Virus record (IMG/VR): IMGVR_UViG_3300046485_000051
Location: 1 to 64,000 of that record
Reading direction: 5' to 3' (one strand)
From: a virus
DNA length: 64,000 nucleotides
Both the position numbers and the translations under genes were made by a program. This document shows positions 34,401 to 42,233 of this stretch, in pieces. The notes beneath the pieces are model-generated. The model was not told where the DNA came from, did no database searches, and worked only from the letters and a program-made list of their open reading frames with translations. Every line of letters begins with the position of its first letter. The first letter of the stretch is position 1.

Positions 34401-37400
34401 ACGGCGAAGCCGAGCCCGAGTGACTTGCACACTCCGGACTATCGCCGGGGCGTCTTCAATTTCTCCCCATCAGCCGACCCGCGCGCTGTCAAGCTGGCTG
34501 CCGTCATGGACGAATCGACGGGCAAGATTTATGAAGGCCCGTATCATGCTGCCGCTGCCGAAAAGTATTGGGAGACGAAGTTTCCCGGTGACGAGACCAA
34601 CGCTCTGCGGGCCTGGAATAGCGTGCCCGAGTTGAAAGAGGGCTTCATCACTAACAGCGGCGAGTTTCTGGACCGCGACCAGGCATTTCAGCGAGCCACG
34701 GAGCTAAATCAGTATAAGCCGACGGCGCGCGACGACGGACAGCTTGAGTCCACCCGGTTCAATCACCAGCGGGAACTACAGGCCGCCGGCTTCGCGCCAG
34801 ACGTGAGATATTCCCCGGCAGCGGAGGATAAGGTTGCCCAGGTCGGCCAGAACATTGTAGACCAGGCCGGCGAAGAGCGGCGCTTCTCTCCGGCCACGAA
34901 GTTTGTTGACAACCAGCCGTCTGATGTTAATAATCGCGGCGTGAAGAAATTGCCGCACGCCGTCGGGGAAGGCTCCGTCCGAGTTATCCACCTGAGCAGC
35001 CGGGGAGACCTGAAGACCGTCAATCCCCGTTACTTCGGCAAAGGGGCGGCCAACACGACCGACCTACGGGGCGGCAACAAATCCTTTTTCTTCGTCGAGG
35101 GCTCGCCCCTGGGCGCGGATGCCAACATCTTCAGCCAGGGCGGCTACAACGCCTTCACGGCGGAGCTAGACGGCTCGAAGCTTTACGACTTGCGCGCCGG
35201 CAAGCCGGACCCGCTGGGCTACTATAGCGGGGTAAACCGGGAGAAGGCCGACGACCTGGTCCGCCGGAAAGGCTACCACGGCATTCTGGTCGAGACCGGC
35301 AAGGGTGACGGGCGCAACGTCGTCCTGATGTATCGCGCGGTCCCGGTCAAGCCGGCGGGCAACTTCTATGGCGACGTTGCCCGGCCGCTGGCGACCCAAG
35401 CGAAGTCTGGGCTGACGTTCAAGGACTTCTTCTCGCAGGCAACGAAGGGCGCGGTCGGCAAATCTACGGTGCCCTGGGAGCCGATAATGGACCTGGGCGG
35501 AGACAAGGCATTCCGCGCCGAGCAGGCCAAGCACACCGGCAACTTCGACGAGCATATTGCGAAGTCCATCCCGGGCTTCCGCGAGACCCAGGTCCGCACG
35601 GGCTCCGCGATTGTCAAGACGTTTGGCAAGGGCGCGGACATGCTCGACATTGCCGCCAGCGAGGGCAGTTACGCGAAGACGATTTCTGCACGCTCGAACG
35701 GCAGTATCAAGACAGTGTCGCTCGACCCAAATCCGGACATGGCGCAATTCTTTGCCAAGCAGAGCAAGGTCCCCGGAGCGAACTACGACACGTCCGCCTT
35801 CTTGCAGGGCTTCGAGGACAACGGCAAAGTCGTGCCGGCCTATAACCCGACGAAGCGGTTCGACGTGGTTCACGAGTCGATGGGCTTCCAGTTTATCAGC
35901 CCCGACCGAGAGCCTCAGTTTGCTGAGGCCAAGCGGTTGATGAAGCCGGACGGCGTGTTCCTGACCGAGGAGAAGGTCCGTAATGGTGCCTGGGCGGCGA
36001 ATGAGGCTAAGAAGGATGCCGGCTACAAGGCCAAATTTTTTACGGGCGAGGAGCTTGCGAAAAAGAATGAGGTCGTCGGCTTCCAGCAGTCTGAGCAGGA
36101 GACCCAGAAGGTCGGGATGCTCGACAACATGGTTACCGACGTAGACCTCGAAGCCGCCCTGGCTAAGAACTTCAAGCACGTTGTTCAATATTGGGACTCG
36201 GGGAATTTCAGGGGCTACGCGGCGAGCGACAACCCGGCGGTCCTGGCGAAGCTTGTAAAAAACATGGGCGACCTGCGGACTGACTATAGCACGGTCGAGA
36301 CTCCGCGCACGGTCGGCGAAAAGCCCGAAGGAAAGCAGTTCTCCCCAGCGCACGCAGACTACAAGGGCGAGGGCGAAGGCGAAGCCGCGCGGCCCGAGCA
36401 GTTCCACGCGGTCGGCTCGTTCGACAAGCTGGGCAAACTGACGGCGGCGCTTAACCCTTCGGGCGGCTACGCCAGCGAGAACGAGAACGCTGGAGGCCGC
36501 GCTCCCTGGCGCTATGACGCCGGCACCAAAGCGGTCTCCTGGCCGAGCGGATTGCCTGCGACCTCGAAGCGCAACGCTGTGGCTGCCTGGTTGAAGGAAC
36601 GCGGCTACCCGGTCGAGACCCATACCAGGGCTGCGACTGATTTTGCCTACAGCCCGAGCGCTGCGGCCGGAAAGTTCCAGGATGCTATCGGCTCCATCGC
36701 GGAAGACGGCGAGGTCAAGGGCGTCACCAACTCAGGCGGCGATTTCTTGAGCCACGCCGCTAACGCAGTCACGGGGGACAACTCCTGGCGCTACGACGCG
36801 GCCAGCAAGACTGTGGGCTGGTGGGCCGGCCTGCCCAACGCTAAGACTCAGGACATAGTCAAGGCATGGCTGGAAAAGAAGGGTTTCGCGGTGGAGCACC
36901 AGAAGGCGGTCGGCTACAACGCCGGCTCCCATTTTGCTTTCAGCCCGGCGGCTCCGGTCTTCTATTCGCAACTCGAAAAGACGGTCGATGCGAAGTTCTC
37001 CGGCAAGGAAATGCCGGCGGCGCAACTGGCGGCGCTCCTGCGCAATCCGCAGAACGGCGTCAAGGCCGAGGAGTTGAAATGGTCCGGGCTGGACGACTAT
37101 TTGAAGTCCAAAGGCCGTGTGACGAAGGCAGAGGTCCAGGAGTTTCTGAAGGCCAACGCCGTGCAGGTCAAGGAAGTGCAGAAGGGCACTAACCCCGAGC
37201 ATGAAGCGGCCGAGAAGGCTGCGGAAGACATTCGCGTCGAAATGGACCGCAAGTATGGTCCTAACTGGTATTATGACGACCGGTTCATCAACAGCCCCGA
37301 CCGCGCGCGGTTGCGCGAGGCTGACGAGCGCTTGCACGACGCCCAAACGATGGGCAAGACTGACACCAAGTTCGAGAACTACCAACTCCCCGGCGGCGAG

Positions 37401-39731
37401 AACTACCGGGAGCTTCTGTTTACGCTGCCAGAACAGGGAAAGTTGGTTTACACTAAGGAGAATGTCATCCCGGAAGAAGGACCGGAAACTAATAGCCGGT
37501 ATAATCATCTGTTTTGGTTTTTCCGCACGCCGGACAACGTGCTGCAAATCTCAAAGTCAAAGCACCCAAGCCAGGAAGCCGCGCTTGATTATATCCTGCG
37601 CGAGAAGCAGCCGGCGACGCGCTACGAGCACAATTTCAAGTCCCCGCACTGGGACGAGCCGAACGTCCTGGCGCACACGCGCCTGAATGACCGGACGGAC
37701 AGCGCTGGCAAGCCCGGCCTCTTCTGTGAGGAAATTCAGAGCGACTGGCACCAGAAGGGGCGGAAGGAAGGATACCGTGTTAATCTGACTCCGGAGCAGC
37801 AGGAGCTAGATGCACTAGTCAAACGGATTAGCTTAAACGGGTGGGAGAGTTTGACCCGCGAAGAACGGGCAAGAAAACACGAGCTTGTGAGGAGCGGGGT
37901 AGGCGAGTCTTTGATGGGGAAGAGCGGCAACGAAGGCGTCCCGGATGCTCCTTTCAAAGGCACCTGGCAGGAGCTTGTCTTCCGCAGGCTCGTTCGCATG
38001 GCCGCCGAGCAGGGCAAGGACTGGCTGGGCTGGACGACCGGCGACCAGCAGGCCGAGCGCTATGACTTGAGCAAGCAGGTTGACGCTGTGGACGTTCACT
38101 TGATGCCCAATGATGACAACCGGGGCAAGTATCTGGTGGAAGCCATACAGGGTCGCAACGCTGTTGTCAGCGAGCGCTGCGAAGACCTTGCTGCTGTCGA
38201 GCGGCTCATCGGCAAGGACCTCGCCAAGCAAGTCGCCGAGCAGAAAGAGCCCTTCCATAAATACACCGGGACCGACCTCAAGGTCGGCGGCGAGGGCATG
38301 AAAGGCTTCTACGACAAGATGCTCGTGGACTACGCCAACAAGTTCGGCAAGAAGTTCGGGGCCAAGGTTGAGGACCGCAACATTCCTTCAACCTCGCACG
38401 GCCAGAGTTACTACGCCGAGCAAAACCCCGAGGGGAATTGGACCGTTTACGAGAACACATCTAGCGGACCAGCCGCCTACGATGACGCACCCACTAAGCA
38501 AGCTGCGGACAGGATTTTGAAGAAACTCCTCGGAACGCAGACCATAATTCACTCTCTGCCCATCACGCCGGAAATGAAGGCCAGCGTTGTCGGCCAGGGC
38601 GTGCAGATGTTCTCCCCTGCTGCCGAGAAGGCTCCTGAACAGGGCCGGCTGGACCTGGGCCTCCCCTCGTTTTCAAACGTGGGCGGTATGACGAAGGCCC
38701 AGATAGTCGAGCGCTTCCCCGAAGCCGTGAAGGCCGGCGCGCGAGACGAAAAGCACGATTACAACATCGTCGGCGCTCCGCTGGTGAAAGGGCTCCCTCA
38801 CGACCAGGCCGTCAAGACCTACGCGGATAAGCTCGAAGGCGAAGCCAAGAAGTGGCTGGACCATCCGGCCTTCCAGTCGGGGCTCCGCTGGTATTCCGAA
38901 TTTACGCCGCTGCTCAAGAAGCACTTCGGCAAGGACGCGAACCTCATGGCCGAGCTTCTGGCGGCGACCAGCAAGCGGACCAATCCGGCGGTAAACTTTG
39001 GTTTCGCTCAGGACGCGCTGGAGCTTAACCGGCGCGGGCACTACAAGAAGCTCGTGGCGAAGTTCGAGCAGGGGGTGAAGATGGCTGAGAACGGGACGCT
39101 GGAGCGGTGGTATAAAACCCGGCTCACAAAGGGCCTGGTTGACAACCCGCCGAAGGTAGCCGGCCCGGGCACCTGGCTGGGCCACTGGGTTAAGGCCCAT
39201 GACCTCTTTCCTCGCCAGAGCAACGGGAAGCTCTTCGGCATGTCGTCGGGGGCGGTGTTGCAAGTGCTGGCCCGCCGCTGGCTGGAGTTGAACAAGGGGC
39301 CGAAGGTGGCGAACTTCGTCAAGAACCTGCTGGGCACAGGCCACGAGGCGACCGTTGACGTGTGGTCGGCGCGCGACCTGCGCCGGCTGGGCTACGAGGG
39401 TCAGCCCGGGCATGAGAAGTGGCGCATTCTGCCGATGAATGAGACTGGTGTCAGTGACGCGGATTTTACCTTCTCGCAGAAGGTATTCCGCCAGGCCGCA
39501 ACTCAGATGGGTTTGAAGCCGGACGCTCTCCAGGGTGGTATGTGGTTCGCGGAGAAGTCGCGCTGGGAGGATAACGGCTGGGCTCCGCTGGACCTGGGCG
39601 ACTACCGCAAGGAAATCAAGAAGACCGGGCTGCTGCGCGCCGGAGTCGGCCAGCGGCTCGCGACTCACGCTCAGGAAGTGAAATCCAACCGGGCCGCGCA
39701 CCCCGAGCAAGCTTTGTTATTTAACCGTTGA
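31494..39731 (+). CDS. 2745-aa polyvalent internal-virion/ejection protein (zincin HExxH, class I SAM methyltransferase and unassigned modules)
   Basis: Uninterrupted 8238-nt ORF. HEVLH at 33063-33077. MTase motifs FDEHIAKSIPGF, DMLDIAASEGSY, RFDVVHESMGFQFI and LMKPDGVFL at about 35520-36010. Ala/Gly-rich N-terminal third. Confidence 0.85.
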   Translation: MAADFIGPDTDLAAPQTPGKPEGFVGPDSDTTASFVGPKSDAAQPEDIRGRMQDPKFWPSNDQWRALYESEKNKPSDRLGAVARGLKGIAALPGQAWDEASAEAAQGKPGHFLQREAAVVPEALGQLARMVIDPVADFVLAPPHSTNEEQAFQNWKEEQGNKLARSRMPASAPWTRTWREPVEGEDPEQAAVQPFQAASTIASLGVPIGAATGPALKYLGAAGPAATAGKTLVQSAIEGAAGPATKALGERAAGAVGAAVENTGKLAKVVGGAPRKLINKAAEAITGPEMAKPLAGGIAGALLHNPVAQGLATAEGVGTGVAKAGELIQKVAGASAAGPGRFANLLKNPATPTWIRGTIGSLTAGAAGIVVPAAKSIVKGAVGGAAVGAGLNAANGEDPWEGAGAGLALGGGFGLAGAGEVRKGDVFKNRVAGLTELMRSNLDAGVTPETLAKVPDAAALAASDLPYLGIKDAQGRDLKVRFADEKTDTSLAGQDGYYDRGQHTIVMNADALQRSPAAWGSLFHEVLHPLMESEVANRPELKGQVDAALAKNGQTLDEAKRAYASAHLAEQLKGSTPEAAKATIDQWVTAQDQASAVNNKGDANHWVYSELLAEAGRCALGGLGDIVRPEGAINRALAPSVSKILGNVLERMGIGSRPGPKPGTVIPGFQNVAEDPSLRKAVYSLLRNQRDFAPGISKGAPQEVRLTPQDVGGAKLPVSGQTAQDYLRETRPGSGRYEVRPKAEQRKAERDRKAVMERIFPTTGTALPANDASDAMALRTRADGSAERRGRVLGDAFYQDPNVSDSMKQTAAIFEAMINKGGAFEGWYNKTHKNGIASLKDLVSEYKRGVRPYEFFMDKHGHLLVRSFDMGHAEDVKLGEWAQRTGPVSLELWGNDPAAAKVDLVTYTDNLASGRPGADSIGEKKRDVLNALVFGDNAANRDANPLRKNLKSAKAREGLVRSYRIDRVETAKPSPSDLHTPDYRRGVFNFSPSADPRAVKLAAVMDESTGKIYEGPYHAAAAEKYWETKFPGDETNALRAWNSVPELKEGFITNSGEFLDRDQAFQRATELNQYKPTARDDGQLESTRFNHQRELQAAGFAPDVRYSPAAEDKVAQVGQNIVDQAGEERRFSPATKFVDNQPSDVNNRGVKKLPHAVGEGSVRVIHLSSRGDLKTVNPRYFGKGAANTTDLRGGNKSFFFVEGSPLGADANIFSQGGYNAFTAELDGSKLYDLRAGKPDPLGYYSGVNREKADDLVRRKGYHGILVETGKGDGRNVVLMYRAVPVKPAGNFYGDVARPLATQAKSGLTFKDFFSQATKGAVGKSTVPWEPIMDLGGDKAFRAEQAKHTGNFDEHIAKSIPGFRETQVRTGSAIVKTFGKGADMLDIAASEGSYAKTISARSNGSIKTVSLDPNPDMAQFFAKQSKVPGANYDTSAFLQGFEDNGKVVPAYNPTKRFDVVHESMGFQFISPDREPQFAEAKRLMKPDGVFLTEEKVRNGAWAANEAKKDAGYKAKFFTGEELAKKNEVVGFQQSEQETQKVGMLDNMVTDVDLEAALAKNFKHVVQYWDSGNFRGYAASDNPAVLAKLVKNMGDLRTDYSTVETPRTVGEKPEGKQFSPAHADYKGEGEGEAARPEQFHAVGSFDKLGKLTAALNPSGGYASENENAGGRAPWRYDAGTKAVSWPSGLPATSKRNAVAAWLKERGYPVETHTRAATDFAYSPSAAAGKFQDAIGSIAEDGEVKGVTNSGGDFLSHAANAVTGDNSWRYDAASKTVGWWAGLPNAKTQDIVKAWLEKKGFAVEHQKAVGYNAGSHFAFSPAAPVFYSQLEKTVDAKFSGKEMPAAQLAALLRNPQNGVKAEELKWSGLDDYLKSKGRVTKAEVQEFLKANAVQVKEVQKGTNPEHEAAEKAAEDIRVEMDRKYGPNWYYDDRFINSPDRARLREADERLHDAQTMGKTDTKFENYQLPGGENYRELLFTLPEQGKLVYTKENVIPEEGPETNSRYNHLFWFFRTPDNVLQISKSKHPSQEAALDYILREKQPATRYEHNFKSPHWDEPNVLAHTRLNDRTDSAGKPGLFCEEIQSDWHQKGRKEGYRVNLTPEQQELDALVKRISLNGWESLTREERARKHELVRSGVGESLMGKSGNEGVPDAPFKGTWQELVFRRLVRMAAEQGKDWLGWTTGDQQAERYDLSKQVDAVDVHLMPNDDNRGKYLVEAIQGRNAVVSERCEDLAAVERLIGKDLAKQVAEQKEPFHKYTGTDLKVGGEGMKGFYDKMLVDYANKFGKKFGAKVEDRNIPSTSHGQSYYAEQNPEGNWTVYENTSSGPAAYDDAPTKQAADRILKKLLGTQTIIHSLPITPEMKASVVGQGVQMFSPAAEKAPEQGRLDLGLPSFSNVGGMTKAQIVERFPEAVKAGARDEKHDYNIVGAPLVKGLPHDQAVKTYADKLEGEAKKWLDHPAFQSGLRWYSEFTPLLKKHFGKDANLMAELLAATSKRTNPAVNFGFAQDALELNRRGHYKKLVAKFEQGVKMAENGTLERWYKTRLTKGLVDNPPKVAGPGTWLGHWVKAHDLFPRQSNGKLFGMSSGAVLQVLARRWLELNKGPKVANFVKNLLGTGHEATVDVWSARDLRRLGYEGQPGHEKWRILPMNETGVSDADFTFSQKVFRQAATQMGLKPDALQGGMWFAEKSRWEDNGWAPLDLGDYRKEIKKTGLLRAGVGQRLATHAQEVKSNRAAHPEQALLFNR

Positions 39732-39755
39732 CAGCAACCGGAAAAAGCTTAAAGT
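39728..39755 (+). promoter_or_regulatory. Promoter-like TTGACA-N16-TAAAGT overlapping the giant ORF stop
   Basis: -35 at 39728-39733 and -10 at 39750-39755. Confidence 0.3.
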
Positions 39756-39764
39756 ATGGGCACT

Positions 39765-39953
39765 ATGAAGAAGCCGCTGAACCTGTTCACGCCGGACCAA
39801 AAGACCGCACTGGTTGAGGGAGCCCGGGCCGCCCACGGTCGCCCCAAGGACGGGGGCTTCTGGGACGAGTTTGCTGCGGTCGTGGTGCCCGCCGGCCAAG
39901 CGCTGGCGGTGAAGGAGTTCTCAGCCCACAAGGGCAAGGCCAAAAATAACTAG
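39765..39953 (+). CDS. Hypothetical 62-aa protein (alternative start ATG 39756)
   Basis: MKKPLNLFTPDQKTALVEGARAAHG.. ATG 39765 lies 9 nt after the -10. Confidence 0.4.
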   Translation: MKKPLNLFTPDQKTALVEGARAAHGRPKDGGFWDEFAAVVVPAGQALAVKEFSAHKGKAKNN

Positions 39954-39969
39954 GTCCGGCAATCTGACC

Positions 39970-39998
39970 TTGATAAAGCGCCCGCCCCCTGGTAGTTT
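39970..39998 (+). promoter_or_regulatory. Promoter-like TTGATA-N17-TAGTTT (GGTAGTTTGG box)
   Basis: -35 at 39970-39975 and -10 at 39993-39998. GTG at 40005. Confidence 0.4.
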
Positions 39999-40004
39999 GG
40001 AAGG

Positions 40005-40478
40005 GTGGAGCTTTTCAACTCGCCGGCAGTGGTGCTGGCAATCGACCCAGGACTTTCAGGAGCGGTCTGCCGTTTAGGCGGCGGGCACTTCGACCTGCGG
40101 CGGGACTTCAAGGTGGGCGCTGATATTGCCCGGGCGATTCGCGATCTGGCCGGCGGAGTGACTCACGCGGTTATGGAATTCGTCCACGCCATGCCGGGCC
40201 AAGGGGTTTGCTCGATGTTCAGTTTTGGTCGATCTTCAGGGGTGGCGGACGGGGCTCTGGCGCTTTGCGTGGCGGTGCCGGTTGAGCAAGTATCTCCTCA
40301 AAAGTGGCAAGGGTTCTTTCGTCAACGGCTAGACATTCCGAAAGGGGCTGATTTCGATTCGCGCGCAGTGGCATCCAGTATCCTCCCAATGAGCGTGCCA
40401 TACCTCAAGCGTAAGCTCGACCACAACAGCGCCGATGCTATTTTGATTGCTGCCTGGAAGCTTTTGTCTCCCGTTTGA
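40005..40478 (+). CDS. RuvC-like Holliday junction resolvase
   Basis: VLAIDPGLSGA, VMEFVH and DHNSADAILIA supply the catalytic acidic residues in RuvC order. Start is uncertain (GTG 40005, 40029 or 40032). Confidence 0.7.
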   Translation: MELFNSPAVVLAIDPGLSGAVCRLGGGHFDLRRDFKVGADIARAIRDLAGGVTHAVMEFVHAMPGQGVCSMFSFGRSSGVADGALALCVAVPVEQVSPQKWQGFFRQRLDIPKGADFDSRAVASSILPMSVPYLKRKLDHNSADAILIAAWKLLSPV

Positions 40479-40812
40479 AGGCCAGGATGCCGTCCACGAT
40501 GGTCGAGGAGGCTTCCGCCAGCAGTTCTTCGGCCTGTCCGTCTTCCAGGTTGAGCCGCAGATAGCGCGCCAGGGTCAGAACGGCGTGATAGGTCTCGTGG
40601 ACGACCGTCGCCAGCGGCATGTCTTGCCGGTTGAAATGGAGTTCTGCGAATATGTCGTCCTGGACCCCGGGACGGGCGCAGAAGGCGGCGATGGTGTCGT
40701 CCTTGTCGCCGCTAAGGGCTCTGTGGGCTTGGTGGAGCTTCGCCCGGTTCGAGTGGATGGTCACCCCGACCTGGAGGGTGGTAAACGGGCCGGCGTCGAA
40801 TGTTCTTCTCAT
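40438..40812 (-). CDS. Small HExxH (zincin-like) protein
   Basis: VVHETYHAV motif; 124 aa. Last gene of the minus-strand block. Its 3' end overlaps the RuvC-like gene by 41 nt (convergent). Confidence 0.5.
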   Translation of the reverse strand: MRRTFDAGPFTTLQVGVTIHSNRAKLHQAHRALSGDKDDTIAAFCARPGVQDDIFAELHFNRQDMPLATVVHETYHAVLTLARYLRLNLEDGQAEELLAEASSTIVDGILAFKRETKASRQQSK

Positions 40813-40960
40813 AAAGCACCCTTTCAGACCTGGTCAGCCGGCGGTAGGTTCGCTGGTCGGGACAGGTTTCTGCTAAAATGACCATGCCCGCCCAGCCGGC
40901 GGAGCCTACGGCCAGGTCCTTACCTAGCCAGCAATGCTTCTGTCCTGCCCCGTAAGCCAT
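40712..40960 (-). CDS. Doubtful 82-aa ORF coupled to the lipoprotein gene
   Basis: TAATG overlap with the upstream stop supports it. The last 100 nt overlap the HExxH gene and read as low-complexity sequence. Confidence 0.2.
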   Translation of the reverse strand: MAYGAGQKHCWLGKDLAVGSAGWAGMVILAETCPDQRTYRRLTRSERVLYEKNIRRRPVYHPPGRGDHPLEPGEAPPSPQSP

Positions 40961-41958
40961 TAGATGGACGCGGGGGGTGTGACGACAGCCGGCGGAGCCT
41001 CCGGGCTCGTAGAAGGCCCTACAGCGCTCGCTGGCTGGGCCGTCTGGCTGACCGTTACCTGAACAGAACCGGTCGAAACGGTGGTTTGAGACCCGCCGGC
41101 ACCCGCCGGGGTGGAAATATTGACTTGTGCGGTCGGAATAGCCGCTGTAGCAGGTATATTTCCCGAGCCCAGCGCCGGGGTGACAGGGACAGTGCTCGGC
41201 GTCGAGGAGGCGACCTGCTTTGTCAGGCTGGTTACGACGGCCTGCACGTCCTGGCTCTGGGCTTCCTGGTGCGCCCGGCTGAAGAGGTCAGAAACGAGGG
41301 CCTTGGCGTCTGCCGGCAGTTTGCTGGTCTCCAGGTAAGACTTGAAGCGTTCGCCGCCGGCCACAACCTCGGCCATGCCCTTGGAAAGCACCGAGGAGGC
41401 TACCCGGCCGACCACGTTGACGCCGGCACCGACTGCTGGATTGATGGAGCCGTAGATTTTGAGGCCGCCCCAGAGCAGCGCTATCAGGAGGATAGGGCCG
41501 ACGATAACCAGCGCCATGTTAGTAAAGTAGCCGAGTTGCAGGAAGCCGGTGCCTTCAATCTTCTTGCCGACTTCGGGCTCGACCTTCTCGCGGTAGGTCT
41601 CGATCTTTTCGTTGAGCTTGGCCTGGTCCTTGTGGAGGGTCTGCACTAGCTCAGGCATCGGCCCAATGAACGGCTTCTCTGCCGGCCCGAGGGATTCGGT
41701 GAGGGCCTCGGCCGCCCCGTGGGCTTCGGCCGCCGGCACCAGAATGTTTGTGCTGGAATTTTCTTTGAGGGCGGCCACCTTGACCTCCTCAGTCTTCACG
41801 GCGACATACTGGGCTGCCTGGCGCTGGTGCTCGACCATGACCTTCGGGGCTTCGGGCACTGGCTTAACCTTCTTTTGGCCGTATTCGACTTTCTTAGGTA
41901 ATAGAGAGCAACCACTGAGCAGGGCAAGAGAAAGGCAGATGGAGAGAAGCTTTTTCAT
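40960..41958 (-). CDS. Lipoprotein with central TM segment and Ser/Thr/Pro/Ala-rich tail (unimolecular-spanin-like topology)
   Basis: Lipobox in MKKLLSICLSLALLSGC. TM segment FTNMALVIVGPILLIALLWGGLKIY. ATGA overlap with the holin-like gene. Confidence 0.65.
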   Translation of the reverse strand: MKKLLSICLSLALLSGCSLLPKKVEYGQKKVKPVPEAPKVMVEHQRQAAQYVAVKTEEVKVAALKENSSTNILVPAAEAHGAAEALTESLGPAEKPFIGPMPELVQTLHKDQAKLNEKIETYREKVEPEVGKKIEGTGFLQLGYFTNMALVIVGPILLIALLWGGLKIYGSINPAVGAGVNVVGRVASSVLSKGMAEVVAGGERFKSYLETSKLPADAKALVSDLFSRAHQEAQSQDVQAVVTSLTKQVASSTPSTVPVTPALGSGNIPATAAIPTAQVNISTPAGAGGSQTTVSTGSVQVTVSQTAQPASAVGPSTSPEAPPAVVTPPASI

Positions 41959-42194
41959 AAAGGGGATGGCGGATTTTTGACGGCGATATTGGTATGATGG
42001 TGACGTTGTTCACGCTCCCACTTGTGGCGCTGTATGCGCCAGGTGTAGAAGCCAGCGCCGAAGCCAAAGGCGGCTCCCAGGAAGGAAAGGATAGGGGTAG
42101 CGGCTTGCAGCCACGTCACCAAGGCAGCGCTTGTGCCCGTGAAGCTGGCCAGGATGCCGACACTGGGCCGCCGTTCGAGAAATTCAACTAGCAT
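41955..42194 (-). CDS. Holin-like two-TM protein
   Basis: VGILASFTGTSAALVTWL and PILSFLGAAFGFGAGFYTW followed by a basic tail RIQRHKWEREQRHHH. GGAGG SD lies upstream. Confidence 0.5.
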   Translation of the reverse strand: MLVEFLERRPSVGILASFTGTSAALVTWLQAATPILSFLGAAFGFGAGFYTWRIQRHKWEREQRHHHTNIAVKNPPSPL

Positions 42195-42233
42195 AAGTTA
42201 TTGACCTCCCTGCACTGGGTCACGACAAACAGC

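Noticed and set aside
31494-39731. The giant ORF as an N4-type virion RNA polymerase.
   Set aside because: I could not find T7-like RNAP motifs (T/DxxGR, or motif A/B/C strings). The visible motifs are a zincin and a SAM MTase. Late genes carry host sigma70-like promoters.
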